A stretch of 64,000 bases of DNA, from contig CM022670.1 of assembly GCA_012295275.1 (NCBI GenBank), forward strand, positions 18,228,001 to 18,292,000, given 5' to 3'. The translations under genes were made by a program, and so were the position numbers. This stretch comes from Chrysomallon squamiferum (taxonomy: Eukaryota; Animalia; Mollusca). A model generated the notes under the pieces. That model did not search any database. It saw only the letters and a program-made list of their open reading frames with translations, and was not told the DNA's origin. Below, in pieces: positions 14,437 to 27,417 of the stretch (positions within the stretch are counted from its first letter, which is position 1; each line of letters begins with the position of its first letter).

Positions 14437-14920
14437 GGTGAATGTCTGTAAGTGTTCACGAAAATATAAACATGACACCTGTCACTTTTGTCCTTCCCCA
14501 CACGTGCCGCCTTCCATATTTAAATTTAGTTGTTTTATATCTAGCAACAAACCTGCGACCAGTCAATGAATGCAAGCCTTGATGGTCATGAATATTCAAC
14601 AACCAAAGTTATCGCACTAACTGCCAGTATTTGCATCGAGTAATTAATTATTCAAAATGCAAGCAGCTGACATACTAAGTTATATAATAAAAACTGAGAT
14701 AAATTATTATTACTCAGATATACTGGAAAATAAATTTTATTAAGACCTCAGTTACTGTATTACAAAAAATATAATTATGTATTTTGTAAATGGTAAGTTG
14801 ACCGTTTAGATTTCAAAGAACATTTCTAATTAAATACATTAGTGGCTAAACTATTGAATTATTATTAAAAATAATTCTATTTCTGTGGTAAGCATCTAAT
14901 TCATTGACATACAAAGTGTT

Positions 14921-15019
<99 letters not shown>

Positions 15020-16150
15020 ATTTGATAATTTTTATTATTATTATAAATATATAGTTTTAAGATGCTGGAAAACAAAATATGTATAGTAAATCTTTTTATG
15101 ATAATGACATTACTGATTACAATATAATTTTATATTAATATACGTAACTTTGCAGCTGTTGGGTTAAATAAATCACCAGTAAATTTCTGATATTCCTAAT
15201 TTAAGGAATATGGAACGTATGTTCGGTTAGTGGCGGACTTACAGGATTTTTGTGTTTATGTGTGTTTTGTCTGTTGGTGTATGTGTATTGTGTTTTTTAA
15301 GGTCCTGATCTTGAATTGTTATAGGTCACTTCGAAAGCAGAAACGAGGTATAATATATCAGTCACACTTTTACACTTTACATTTCCTGTTCAGTACAGAA
15401 GTAATAATAAAAAATAAAAATAATAATAATTAAATTAAATTTAAAAAAAAAAAAAAATCAGGCAGTATGGACTTAAGTCGATTTTGTGACTTCATTAGTT
15501 TCATGTTTAGATCCACCCCTTTTTCGATTTCGTTAATAGTAATAATAACTGAATGTTCATCTTTTATTAATATTCTGATTAATTTTAAAATTATTTTTCA
15601 GTTAACTGTATATTCATCTTTAAATTTCTAGGAATTAATTTACTGTTGCGATCAGTAACTACAATAATCTGCGAGTCCTATTTCGTATTTGGGTGGACTG
15701 TTAAAAATATCGGTATGCACTAGGTGAAGATGCAGCTTTCCCACATCATGCATATATAATAAACGATAGTTAAGCTACACCTCTTGGTATTATTTATACA
15801 TATTTTATTTAAACTACATTAAATTTCGGATAAATCTTTAAAATCACTAATGTATCTGTAGTAATAATATTGTAACAGCAAGTAACCTCATCCCGCTGTT
15901 ATGAGCATTGTTATTAACTGGTTTTTCATATTTATTACGATAGAAAATATTTTCGTACACTGTCTCTCCACGGTGTTTCGTATCAGTTACATAGACAGAA
16001 GTTTTATCAACAAACACGAAGGGGTACAGTCGATCATTTTCGAAGGGTAGTGTTGACCGCGAAAGGTTTCTACACGTGCCAAAGTTTATGATTATTACTC
16101 AAACCACTTCATTTACTCTGTTTTGATTATTATGTTATAAGGTTAACATA
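14437..16150. promoter_or_regulatory. Divergent (head-to-head) promoter interval between MPV17L2 and PPM1G
   Basis: The two ATGs are 1.7 kb apart on opposite strands. A CACGTGCC E-box lies within 80 bp of each ATG (14501 and 16073). Confidence 0.5.
14922..15017. repeat. (GA)n microsatellite, about 48 units
   Basis: Perfect AG dinucleotide run. Confidence 0.95.
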
Positions 16151-19100
16151 ATGGGTGTCTACCTTTCTGCACCGATTACAGAAAAAGTGTCTGTTGATAA
16201 AACATGTAAAAACTTTGTATATGGAGCGTCGTCTATGCAAGGATGGCGTATGACACAAGAGGTAAACAGTTCAGTGGAAGAAAGAAAGAAAAAATTAAAT
16301 TAAATTTAACCAATAAATTAATGTAACAAAGAAATATAACTATAAGATACATATAGCAGTATTATTTTATTGTTAGTTTAATGCAGAAAAGTAAAGACTG
16401 GCACCACTGTTAACCACACCCAAATTAACTTACGATCCTGTTTCTATTTCACTTTCAGCAATTGAACTATTTCAATTTGTGACTGTAAATATAAATTATA
16501 ATACTTAATTATACAGTTAATAATATAGTATCAAAGGTTGCTGTACACAGTATAATTTTGCACACAGTTTTAAATATTTTGTTAAATTGATTGTTTTTGT
16601 GAAAAGAACATGTTTATTCTGATAATCTGTAACAAAAACTTGTCTGGAAAACTTATTATTTATTATTTTTATTCCATTATTTCGAATATTCATGCAAAAC
16701 TGAACAAAATAAAATAAATAATAATAAATATATGTCACATAACTTGTGAAAGTTCAACAATATTTTGTTATAATTCTTATTTGCTAATTAGACAGCATGA
16801 TATAACATTCAGATGTATTTACATTTTGAGAAGTCAGCTGTGTGTGTCTTTTGTGTTATTGTGGTTGCTCTTATTTACTTTCAATCATATCTTGAAAATG
16901 AATTATGTAAAAGTATTATCTGATCTAAAATTTGTAACTTTTTATGTTCCATTTTCTTTTATATTCAGTCTGAAATGTCATGTGAATTTATTTTGTCAGG
17001 ATGCACACAACTGCTGTCCAGATTTTGATCCTGACAGAAATGGCTCATTATTTGCAGTTTATGATGGACACGGAGGTAAATAAATGTTTATGATGTAGTA
17101 TTATTCTTAAATACCTTCTTGAAAAGGACTCAAGGAGCATATAAAATATCTGTTACTTTTGTTTTCACAGCTAGAAATCTAGACTACGGTGACAGCATTT
17201 TTATTTCTTGTCTTATAATTATACAAAAATTTTGTTTAATTTATTATCTGTTTATATTTACATTAACTATTCCTTCTGAAACAGGGGCAGAGGTAGCTTT
17301 GTATGCAGCTTTACATCTTCCAGACTTCATTAAAAGTCTCAAGTCATATCAAGATGGTGACTACAGGGCAGCACTAGAAGAAGCATTTCTACGTTTTGAT
17401 GCTACTCTTGTGGATGATAAAGTGATTGAAGAACTCAAAGGTTTGGCTGGAGAAGATCCTGGTGAAGATGAAGGTTAGTTAATAAGGATTATTTTTGCTC
17501 TAATTTGTTATCATTAGTGGTGGTTATTGTAGCAGTAGCAGAACTAGTGATTTTTGAATAGTAGTAAAAAAATTATTAAATAAGGTTATTTTCTAAAAGA
17601 GTGTTTAAGTATCTATATATATGTTTTATATATAATCAAAACTGAGTTTATATTCTTAGTAGCATCATTCTAAAAATGTATGCAAATTTTTGCTTTGTCA
17701 TTTGAATATATATATAGATAGATAGATAGACAGACAGATATATATGAACATTCAGTTACCAAAGATGTAAAACAAGGAAAAAAACAAAATGCATGAATTT
17801 TTCAGGTGCACCAGAAGCTGTTGGGAAGCGTGAAGCAGACATGCTTTGTGCTGAGGCCAACATGCCTCTTGATGAACTCCTGGCCAAATATGAGCCAGCA
17901 TCGGGCACACCTCTACCTCTGAGAGACATTCGCAAGAAGGAAAACATTCTGTCCCCAGTTGTCCATAATAAACACAGGTTCCTAGAAAAGGGTGACTGCA
18001 GTGCAGATTCACCCAGTGGAGATGGTGACAGCCATATAGACTTTACCAGATCCAGTTCTTTAGTCACCAACCTTCAAGGCAAACTCAGTAATGGACATGC
18101 AGAGAATGAAAACAATCTAAACACAGAGAAAGAGATGCAGAACAATCAAAACCAGAACAGAAACACACAAGAGGCAGAGTTGAGCAGTTCAGTAACATCT
18201 GAAATCTCTGAAGTTAAAACTGCTGTAGAAGAATCACCTGCTGCTGATAGCTCAACATCTCACACTATGGTAATTTTTACTTTATGAAGTCTAACTATAT
18301 TCTACATAACTAAAAGTTATTCCTTTTGTCAATGCTGTCTAATCTAAATTAATGATGAAGTATTACAAGAAAAAAAGTAGTTCTGGGCACTGCAGTTTTT
18401 TTGTAGTTGTACTGTAACACTTTAAAGAATATTTATACAAATGTGATGTTTACCTGGTGCACCAGTAATGAATGAATAAAAAGGCACATTTTTTTTTTTT
18501 TTTTTTTTTGAATTCCTATTTTTCATAGATTATATTCAGTAATTTTCAGCTTGAATCACAATCTGAATGCTGTGAAATATTATACTAATTAAGGTAATGT
18601 GGGAAAAAATGAAACATGATAATGATTATATAATCTTAAATATATTGTTAGTTTAGTTTACATTATTTTTGTTTTTGAAAAATGGAAAAATTTTTTTTTT
18701 GTTTTGTTGTTATTTTTTCAGTTATACTAACCTTCAAATACTCAGGCATTGAAGTAATGTTTTTATATGTCAACTAGAACATTTGTATCATTATTTTATG
18801 TTAATTCTTAATATTTCTTTTCTGTTACAACATTTCCTTTTTAATTATTTTGCTTTTGAAGAAACGAAGCTCAAAAGGTTCATCTGTGTCCAGTTCATCA
18901 AGCACTACTAAAGATTTTGTCAGCAGTAGTGTGGAACAACAATCATCAATATCTGAAGAACCAGTCTGTCAGTCTTCAGGTGACATTCCCAGTGGAAACA
19001 ACAGCATTCAAAGTGATAGTTGTTCTCAAACCTCCAGCTGTCAAGAAAATGCTCGAGTTTGTGGTGATAGCAAGGTGGATGACTGCTCTGGGCCTCACAG

Positions 19101-22100
19101 CAGTAGTGATTGTCCAAGCAGTAGCAGTGATGTTCCCAAGAGCAGTTCTCAGGACAAGGCAGACTCTTCTGGAAATGAAGTGGATGCTGTCAGCAGCAGA
19201 GGAGATAGAGATGGCCCCACTGATGGTGGCAATGATGATAGAGTTGGAAATGAGGCCACTGGAAGTGAAGGTGATGGTGTTGACAGTGGGAAGGAAGCAA
19301 GCTGCAGCAAAAAAACATTGCAAGAAACAAGTGGGAGTGGTGATGGTCCATGTGGGAGTGGCAGTTTGGATGGACCAAGTAGTAGTGTTGAAGGGGAGGA
19401 AGCAGGGGGATCAGGCAGTCAGTCTGGGGCAGGTGTTACTGACAGACCAGATCTTATAACCGGTGATGATAGTGATGATGATGACGACGATGATGATGAG
19501 TATCAAGAAGACAGGTTAGATGGAAATGGATTCTTCAGATTTTTGATTTATGTTAAGAGATAATTTTCATATGAATGGTTGGGAAAGGTGTGATATTTTA
19601 TTCTAAATATTTTAAGCATTGTTATGATAATTATTGTGGACAGTTTTATAATTAAAGGTTTTTGATTGCTTCTTATTTATTTTCAATCATTTCTTAGCTG
19701 TTCTAAAATATGAAACTATTTATATTCCATTTTCTTTTACATTCAGTCTGAAATATATGTAATAACACAGATACACTGTACCTGTAACATTTAGTCCAAT
19801 AACACAAACATGATTATTTAAAAACTATATTTGAACTATTATCTATAATTATTTTTCTTGCAGTGAAGAAGATTTTGAAGATGATGACGATGATGATGAA
19901 GAAGAGGAGGAAGAGGAAGGAGAAATTGATGGTACAGGTTTCCAGCAGTGTGTAGACATGTCCAATGAAGAGGTATAACTTACTTCAACAAATGTTTCTT
20001 GGTGCTGGCCAGAAATAACATATTGTGTGGATAGTGTCCTTGGGTTTAAATGTTATATCTGAAAGGTATAGACTATCCAGAGTGTTAATACTTCTTTTTG
20101 GGATTCAGGCCAATCACTTGTTCTGCTTTTATCACATGCTGATAACTGAATCATTAACGCACACATATATATATATATAGTTTAAAATGTATTTAAAAAG
20201 CAGGTCAGCAAATTCATCTTTCATTTTAAGGAACGAAAAGTAACTAAATTTGGGACTTTCCCACTAGATTTTTCATTCATATTGCTACATTTTTTTTTTT
20301 TTTTTTTTTATTGTTGTTTTTTGGAGGGGGAGGGGTGTAGATGGTAAACACTTTTCTTCTGTTTTTTTCTCTTTTGTTTTTAAATTATTGCTTTTTATTT
20401 TATTTTATTTATTCTTTTCCACTGATAAATTACTTTCTTTATTTTTTGTTTTAGCCAGGTTCAGACAGTGGGTGTACAGCATGCTTAGCTCTGTTTCTGG
20501 GTAAAGATCTGTGGGTGGCCAATGCAGGTGATTCCCGGTGTGTGCTTTCTCGAGCTGGGAAGGCTGTGGATTTATCTTTTGATCACAAACCAGAAGATGA
20601 CATTGAGAGAAAGCGAATAGAAAAAGCTGGTGGAAAAGTCACTTCAGATGGAAGAGTCAATGGCGGTCTGAATTTATCCAGAGCTTTAGGTTTGTATCAG
20701 TTTAAAGCACTTTGAAAGTGTGAGAAAATAGATAATAATTTGTAGTAAAATTATATTTTGCTTGATGTCATTTTTCTTTTTGTTTTATATATTTTATTTT
20801 ATATTTTATTAGCATTATTTTCTTGGATTTTCTCTTTTTTGCCTAAATTAAAATTGTTGTACTGATTTGTGTATTACTTGCTTCGGATTATACTTATATA
20901 TTTAATGCTTTCAAATGTGGACTTCCAGGGAAAGTAGACACTTCTCTCACAGACCAAGAGATGATCGTCTTCCAGTTATATCAAGTCAATTCTTATTGAT
21001 TTTAGGATTTGTGCATAAAATCCTCATGGATAGGCACTATAAACTGTGTAGTAAAAGAATGGTCATGATGTCAGTGTATGTTAAAACAAACTGTGTAGTA
21101 GTTTTGGTCAGTCATAAACAAGATACCACAATGATTGGCATGTAAATAATGCAGTTTAGTTGCTTCAGCCAGTCTGAAAGGGTCATGCTGATAATACTGA
21201 GTCTGCACTTCAGGTTTTACTGGCTATTATTCTATGGCACAGGCTATTACTCTGTAAAATTCTTTGTATGCAAATTAAACTTGGTTTCAGGATCACAAAC
21301 AATAGAGCACAAGTGTACAACATGTCCTGTGAGTCCAAGTACTGTTCAGATGCAATTTTTTTTTAATTATAAACTGAATTATAAAATTTGGTTTATTTTT
21401 GGTTGAAGTATAGCTCCATCAAAGAATACTTTTGATTGCAGTGAAATCACAGCTAGTAGAAAGTTAAGAAAACTCTTTTGTGTTTTTACATCAAATATCC
21501 AACTTATCACACCTGCACCTTTAATTGCCTTTCTTCTCATGATGATACATATTATATTGCCTCTAATTACTACCTGCAACACCTTTCTGGAGTAGGCATG
21601 TTTGTGTATTGCAGAAGATTATCATAATAGTCCTTTTAAGTAGTGTGTCTGTGTGTATTTATCAAGATCTATTTTTTTGACATATTACCACTAATTATTT
21701 CAAACATTTAAAGAGAGAAAAATCAATGTATATGTTTAAAGAAAGAAGTGCTGTGCTATTATTTAAACATTTTGAACCCATCTAAATTTGTTTAGTGTAT
21801 CTGAATTTTATACATATCAGCTGAAGCAACAGTGAAAACAAAACAAATAATAATAAATAAAATTTAATTCAGTGAGAGTAAAAACGGCAGAAACACCACT
21901 CTTTAAACTCAGAAAAACCCAGACAAGCATGAAGACATTGATAAATTCTAATTCAGTGGTTGGCAACATTTTGGAGAGACGGGTTCAGAAAGCTAATCAG
22001 TTTAAAGAAAAAACAACGAAGTTAATGTAATAATTGTTGTCAAAGTGTTCTGTCAAAACTGTACTGTTAATGCTTAAGGTGCTTTAATATGCAGTTTGTC

Positions 22101-22592
22101 ATTATAAATTGGTATATTTTTTTTGTTCTATTGAAATTATTAGATGGTATATTTACATATATTTTTTTCAACTTTTGTTTTCTCCCATCAAAATCTTTAA
22201 TTTAAAAAAATATATATATATAATTCGGTATATAACACTTTTTTCAATGGCTACTCAAAAGCCATTATTGTAACTTAATCCTTAATTTGATTTTCAGGGT
22301 CACATTTATACTTTTATTCTTTTATTAATTCATACATTCATTCGTTCATTTACAGGAGATCATTACTACAAACGCAATGAAGAATTACCAGCCCAGGAAC
22401 AGATGATAACTGCACTGCCAGATATTGAACATGTTACTATTGGTGATGATGATGAATTTGTTGTTATTGCCTGTGATGGAATATGGTGAATAACTTAGTA
22501 TATATAATTATTATTATATATATATTATTAATTGTGAATAGTCATTGTGTAAAATTGTCTAACTGTGATAATTTTAATTGTATTACTATTAT

Positions 22593-22633
<41 letters not shown>

Positions 22634-22893
22634 CTGTTTATGAAGAAATTCCAGAATAGTTTAATTCTTTTAATATAAGTTTACAGAATGAAAAAATATA
22701 TATATTTGTTGGATAGAAATAATATTTTATTTCTCTTTTTTAATGTCAAATAATGTTGGAATTTTTAATATATATATGTATATTTATTTAATTGACTGTC
22801 ATAATGATTTTTATAATTATTTTAATCATAATTTTTTATTTTTTTATTTTTTTTTACGTTTTCTTTTTCTAATTTATTTATTTTTTTATTTAT

Positions 22894-22926
<33 letters not shown>

Positions 22927-23137
22927 TTTCAGGAACTACATGTCGAGTGAAGATGTTATTTCAATGGTTGGGCAGGAACTAAAAGATCCTGAAAAACGGA
23001 AAAAACCATCGTTGATATGTGAAAAGGTGTGTGTCAGTTAAAAATATTTATATCTCTTTCTGTAAACACTACTAATAAACCAGAAGTTTTATTAAATTAT
23101 TACTGGTTTATAATGTGTGTGTTTTTTTTAATTATTA

Positions 23138-23180
<43 letters not shown>

Positions 23181-23791
23181 TTGTTGAACAGAATCTTTCT
23201 TAAATGCATTTCTTCGTATTTGAAAAAAATTGCAATTTTTGTTTTTATTATAATTTTTCATTTTAATAAAATATATTACCTTTACACAAGTCATAAAAAA
23301 ATTATCTGTTAAGTAACTATTATTTTTTTCGTATTTTATCATATAATGTTTTATTTCTATATATTAAGTTTAATACCATAATCAAATTAAATACATATAT
23401 GACATAATAAGATTAAAAAGCATCAACACGTAATTTTGTTATGTTTTTATGATAATATATATGATGCTTTAATAGTATTGACAATACACCATTATTTACT
23501 GGTTTTCAAATGAGTTATTTCCTCTTTTTTATATTATTTTTTTTTTTTTTGTTTTCTTCTTTCTAGATGTTTGACCACTGCCTAGCTCCTAACACTTTTG
23601 GTGATGGAACTGGCTGTGATAACATGACTTGCATTATAATTGTACTCAAACCACAGAGCATATCATCTTCATCAGAAGCCAGTAAACGATGTGCTGGTGA
23701 GATGGACTCATGCAGTAGTACAGAAGATGGACTGGCAGAAAAACGGACCAAACTGGATTCTTCAACAAGTGGCGTGGATGACACAGTTTAA
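16151..23791 (+). CDS. PPM1G: Protein phosphatase 1G (PP2C-gamma), 10 exons, 761 aa
   Basis: Exons 16151-16261 ([19 protein letters not shown]), 17000-17075 ([12 protein letters not shown]), 17285-17473, 17806-18269, 18862-19514, 19864-19972, 20455-20689 ([40 protein letters not shown]), 22356-22485 (DHYYK..IACDGIW), 22933-23026 and 23567-23791 ([10 protein letters not shown]). Total 2286 nt, all GT-AG and in frame. The acidic insert inside the catalytic domain is diagnostic of PPM1G. Confidence 0.95.
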
Positions 23792-24244
23792 TATTGGAAT
23801 TTGTGTCATTTATGCAAATGAGGCAGTTACATGTATAGCAGCATTTTGTGAAGAAAAGAAAAAATATATATATTTTGTCATTTTCATTTAATTTTTTTTT
23901 TCTTTTTAATGCCATTTTTTGATACGTTACTATTTTTATCAGGGACTATTTGGGTGTGTTTGTGCTTTTTTGTGGTTTTTTTTTTTTTTTTTTGGTTAAT
24001 GTTAGTGTTGTTATCAAGCATTCAATCATTGAATGAATCATGAACACATTTATGCACCTTTTTTAATAAACCATGCATCTTGACTTTATAAAAATTAATG
24101 CAAGATCATAAAAACATTTCTTTAATGTGTCGTGTGTCCATAATAATTTCTTTAAAAAAAAAAATTATAATCTATTAATTAATAAATCTAATCTAAAACT
24201 TAAAACATCATAAATATCTTGTCAGAATCTTAGACACCTTATAA

Positions 24245-24279
<35 letters not shown>

Positions 24280-25999
24280 TGTTTCAGAATTTCTGTTTTC
24301 TAACTTACACTAAGGTACCAAAAATCCAGGCCAGGGTTGTTTAAAAAAAAAATTAAAAAACATTTTGATAAAAACACAATTCTTTGATCAAAATAGTTTC
24401 ATTAACTGTCATGAAAAGACAAATTGTTATATTACATTAGTAATTCTTCTACATTATCTAAATAAGTGAGAGTAATAAAATGTCTTTCCAGATTTCTATA
24501 AATCTTTAAGAAAAACCAAATTAGAAATGCGTTTATTTTAACATTAACACGTGTTAAAAACTAAGTTTACCAAGGTTTCTAGATAATCAAGATTTTGCAA
24601 AGACATTGTTATTGATTTATAATAATTACCTGTTATCTTCATAGTAAATGGTAAGAAAAATAATTAGTTTTGATCTCTGTATTTACAAAGAAAAGGTGTA
24701 CATATAGTCTTAAGAGATACAGCAGTCAACTAAAATATAATACATACATTAATAAAAGTAAGAGCATGAATATTTTTCTACAAATGAAAAAAATGAATAC
24801 GTTTATATGTAATAATGTGGATTTACGTTAAAGGAATTTAAGATAGTAATAACTAGTCTAGTACAAATCTTTTTTTATTTGGGAGACATGTTTGTTGTTT
24901 AATTTTCTCTCTTTTTTTAATTGAGTAATTAACTGCTGCTGACTGTTTGATTGCATAAAAATACAGAACTCAGTGGAACAACATTGATCATCATCAGCAA
25001 TTGTAATTACAAAGAACTAGTGAGTCGCATTTAGCATGATTTGTTAGTGGAAGGATTTTTGTTTATAGTCATTTATCCTGTGTATTGAAGTAAAATCAAG
25101 ATGTAACAAGTTATTTTAGAAATGATTTTAATTTAGGATGTCATGATCCTTTTTTTTTTTTTTTTTTTTTTTTCTTTGTTTGTTACGTGAAAAATGCTTT
25201 GATAATCTCTTTGTAAAATGTCATTTCTACAGTTTATAAAGATATGTGGCACATTGCCATTATAACATGATTTGTTTTGGAATACAGTATAATAAAATGA
25301 AAAAGACTTCTAGTTTTAGCTGTCAGATTTTTCCAAAACCATCCAACATTTCTAGAAACACTTTATTTGAAATCTTGTGTTAATCTGGGGTGAGAAAAAA
25401 ATTCACATTTATTAAAATATATTGATATGAAGTATCTGGTACAAGGATATTTTGCAGATTTTCTGTACAGGGAGAGAAAAAAAAAGGAAATTGATCAATG
25501 AGATATATAACACAGTCTGTCTCAACACAAAAAGATAAGAGAAAATAAAGTAATAAATTAAAATAATTTTGGTGCTGAAAAGCAGTATTTGCTTTTGTTT
25601 TGTTATTTTTTTTTTACTGCTGTGTACAAAAATTTTAAACTAAATTTATAGGTTTGAAAGTGTGAAAAAATATTAATAACTACAATAGCATAATTATTTT
25701 AGAAATAATTAATTTAATTTGATCAATTGAGTTGGTTATTGAATATAAAGGTTCATTAACAATAAGCAAATTCATCATAACAGCAGTATGCATGTTTATC
25801 CAAAAAACAAAATCACCAATAAACATTTATTTCTTGTGTCTATCAGTGAAGAAATAGGACAAAAGTGTTAGCAGAATGTATTAAAATATGCAGCTGACTT
25901 GGGCAACTGACAGTACAAGACGGTGTATCATCAATTTGAATGGAAAATGTTAGAAACATCATCTTTCATTTTTATTTCTTCTTCTTATTATTATTATTA

Positions 26000-26030
<31 letters not shown>

Positions 26031-27417
26031 AAAATTTAGAATGAACATTCATTTTCTTGAGGTTGAAAAAATGAAAACATGAGACCCATCATCACCGTTA
26101 TTATATGATTGTATAAAAAAATGTTTTATTAAAAGCAAGTACCAGTATTCTCTTATGCTGTTTTGTAATACTAAATGTAATTTCTCTATATCATCTTGCA
26201 GAACATAAAAATTTGGTATAAGTAAAGAGTTTGTTTCATGGGACTGGAATTTGAAATTCTTTGTGAAGTATTTCTTACCCTAATTAAAGTATTTGACATT
26301 CTTAAGTCATTTAAAGTCTTTAGAAATTATCCATCAGTAATGTGGAAGGTTTAACTGATTGCCCATTGCCAACACTGATGATGTTTAAAGAAATCCTGAA
26401 GATCACCAAGCAGGTTTTTGTAATATCAATCGAGTGATTTGAGTGTTTACAATGGATGTGTTTAGACCCAGTAGTGACAGTATCCTGATGATTATTTTAA
26501 AAGAATAATGGTAAGTTTATTAAACAGACAAAATTATCTGATGATGAATAATAAACTGAAATCATTAAAATTGTTACTAGTTGTTTTGTACACAAATTCT
26601 TTTGGAATGGTTGTGTGAAGCTGTCTTATTGAAATGTGTTTTATAGTCCACTGATCTTCAGTTCCAGTTTGTATATAGGCACACTTGCTATCAGTGTATC
26701 AGAATAAACATGTTTACATATTGTTTTTGACATTCTACATTTATGTATATTTTTCATTATTTTATTTTAGAATTTTGTTTGTTTTTGTCTTTTTCCCCCT
26801 TTTTGTTTCCTAAATTTACAAATTCAAGACATCTTTAAAAAAATGAGAATATAAACCAAAGTGAAATTATTTATTTGTGCAAGTTAATCTGCTTCATTGT
26901 TGTGTGATGTCATACACAGTTCATGTGTCATTCACCATGCTAATCCTCAAGTTATGCCTGATCCTTCTAAATGTTGCCTGTTATTTTCCAGATGATTTGG
27001 TGAGCTTGTCCAACTAGTTTTGCAAAGGCTTTATTCCACTATTTGCATATATTGTAGGCTATGAATAAAAAAATTAAAAAAACTTTAACAAAAATAATAA
27101 TAAAAAATACCTAGTGAAAAAATCTGTAGTTAAATAATTTTAGCTCCATTTAGGAAAATATAATAACTATTTCTTAGAAGACTGAATAAGAACTAGGGAA
27201 AAAACAGCAATATGTCATTATGTTTTATACACAATTAACAAATTTAAATAAACAAAAAGATTTTAAAAATGTACGTGACTTGGCCTTAGAACACTGAATA
27301 AAGATATTAAAAAAAATCTGTAAATCCATTAAAACAACCTATAATTTTGTGCAGTCTTTTGAAATCTTTGCTGAAAAGAACTTCCAGTTATTTTAGTTTT
27401 TTCTTCGTATATGAATA

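Noticed and set aside
18917-19459. Overlapping alternative-frame and antisense ORFs in PPM1G exon 5 (and at 45696-46018)
   Set aside because: By-products of low-complexity, stop-poor coding sequence.
20690-22355. Possible intronic C/D-box snoRNA (TGATGA/CTGA words)
   Set aside because: No convincing terminal stem or box spacing was seen by eye; a covariance-model search would be needed.
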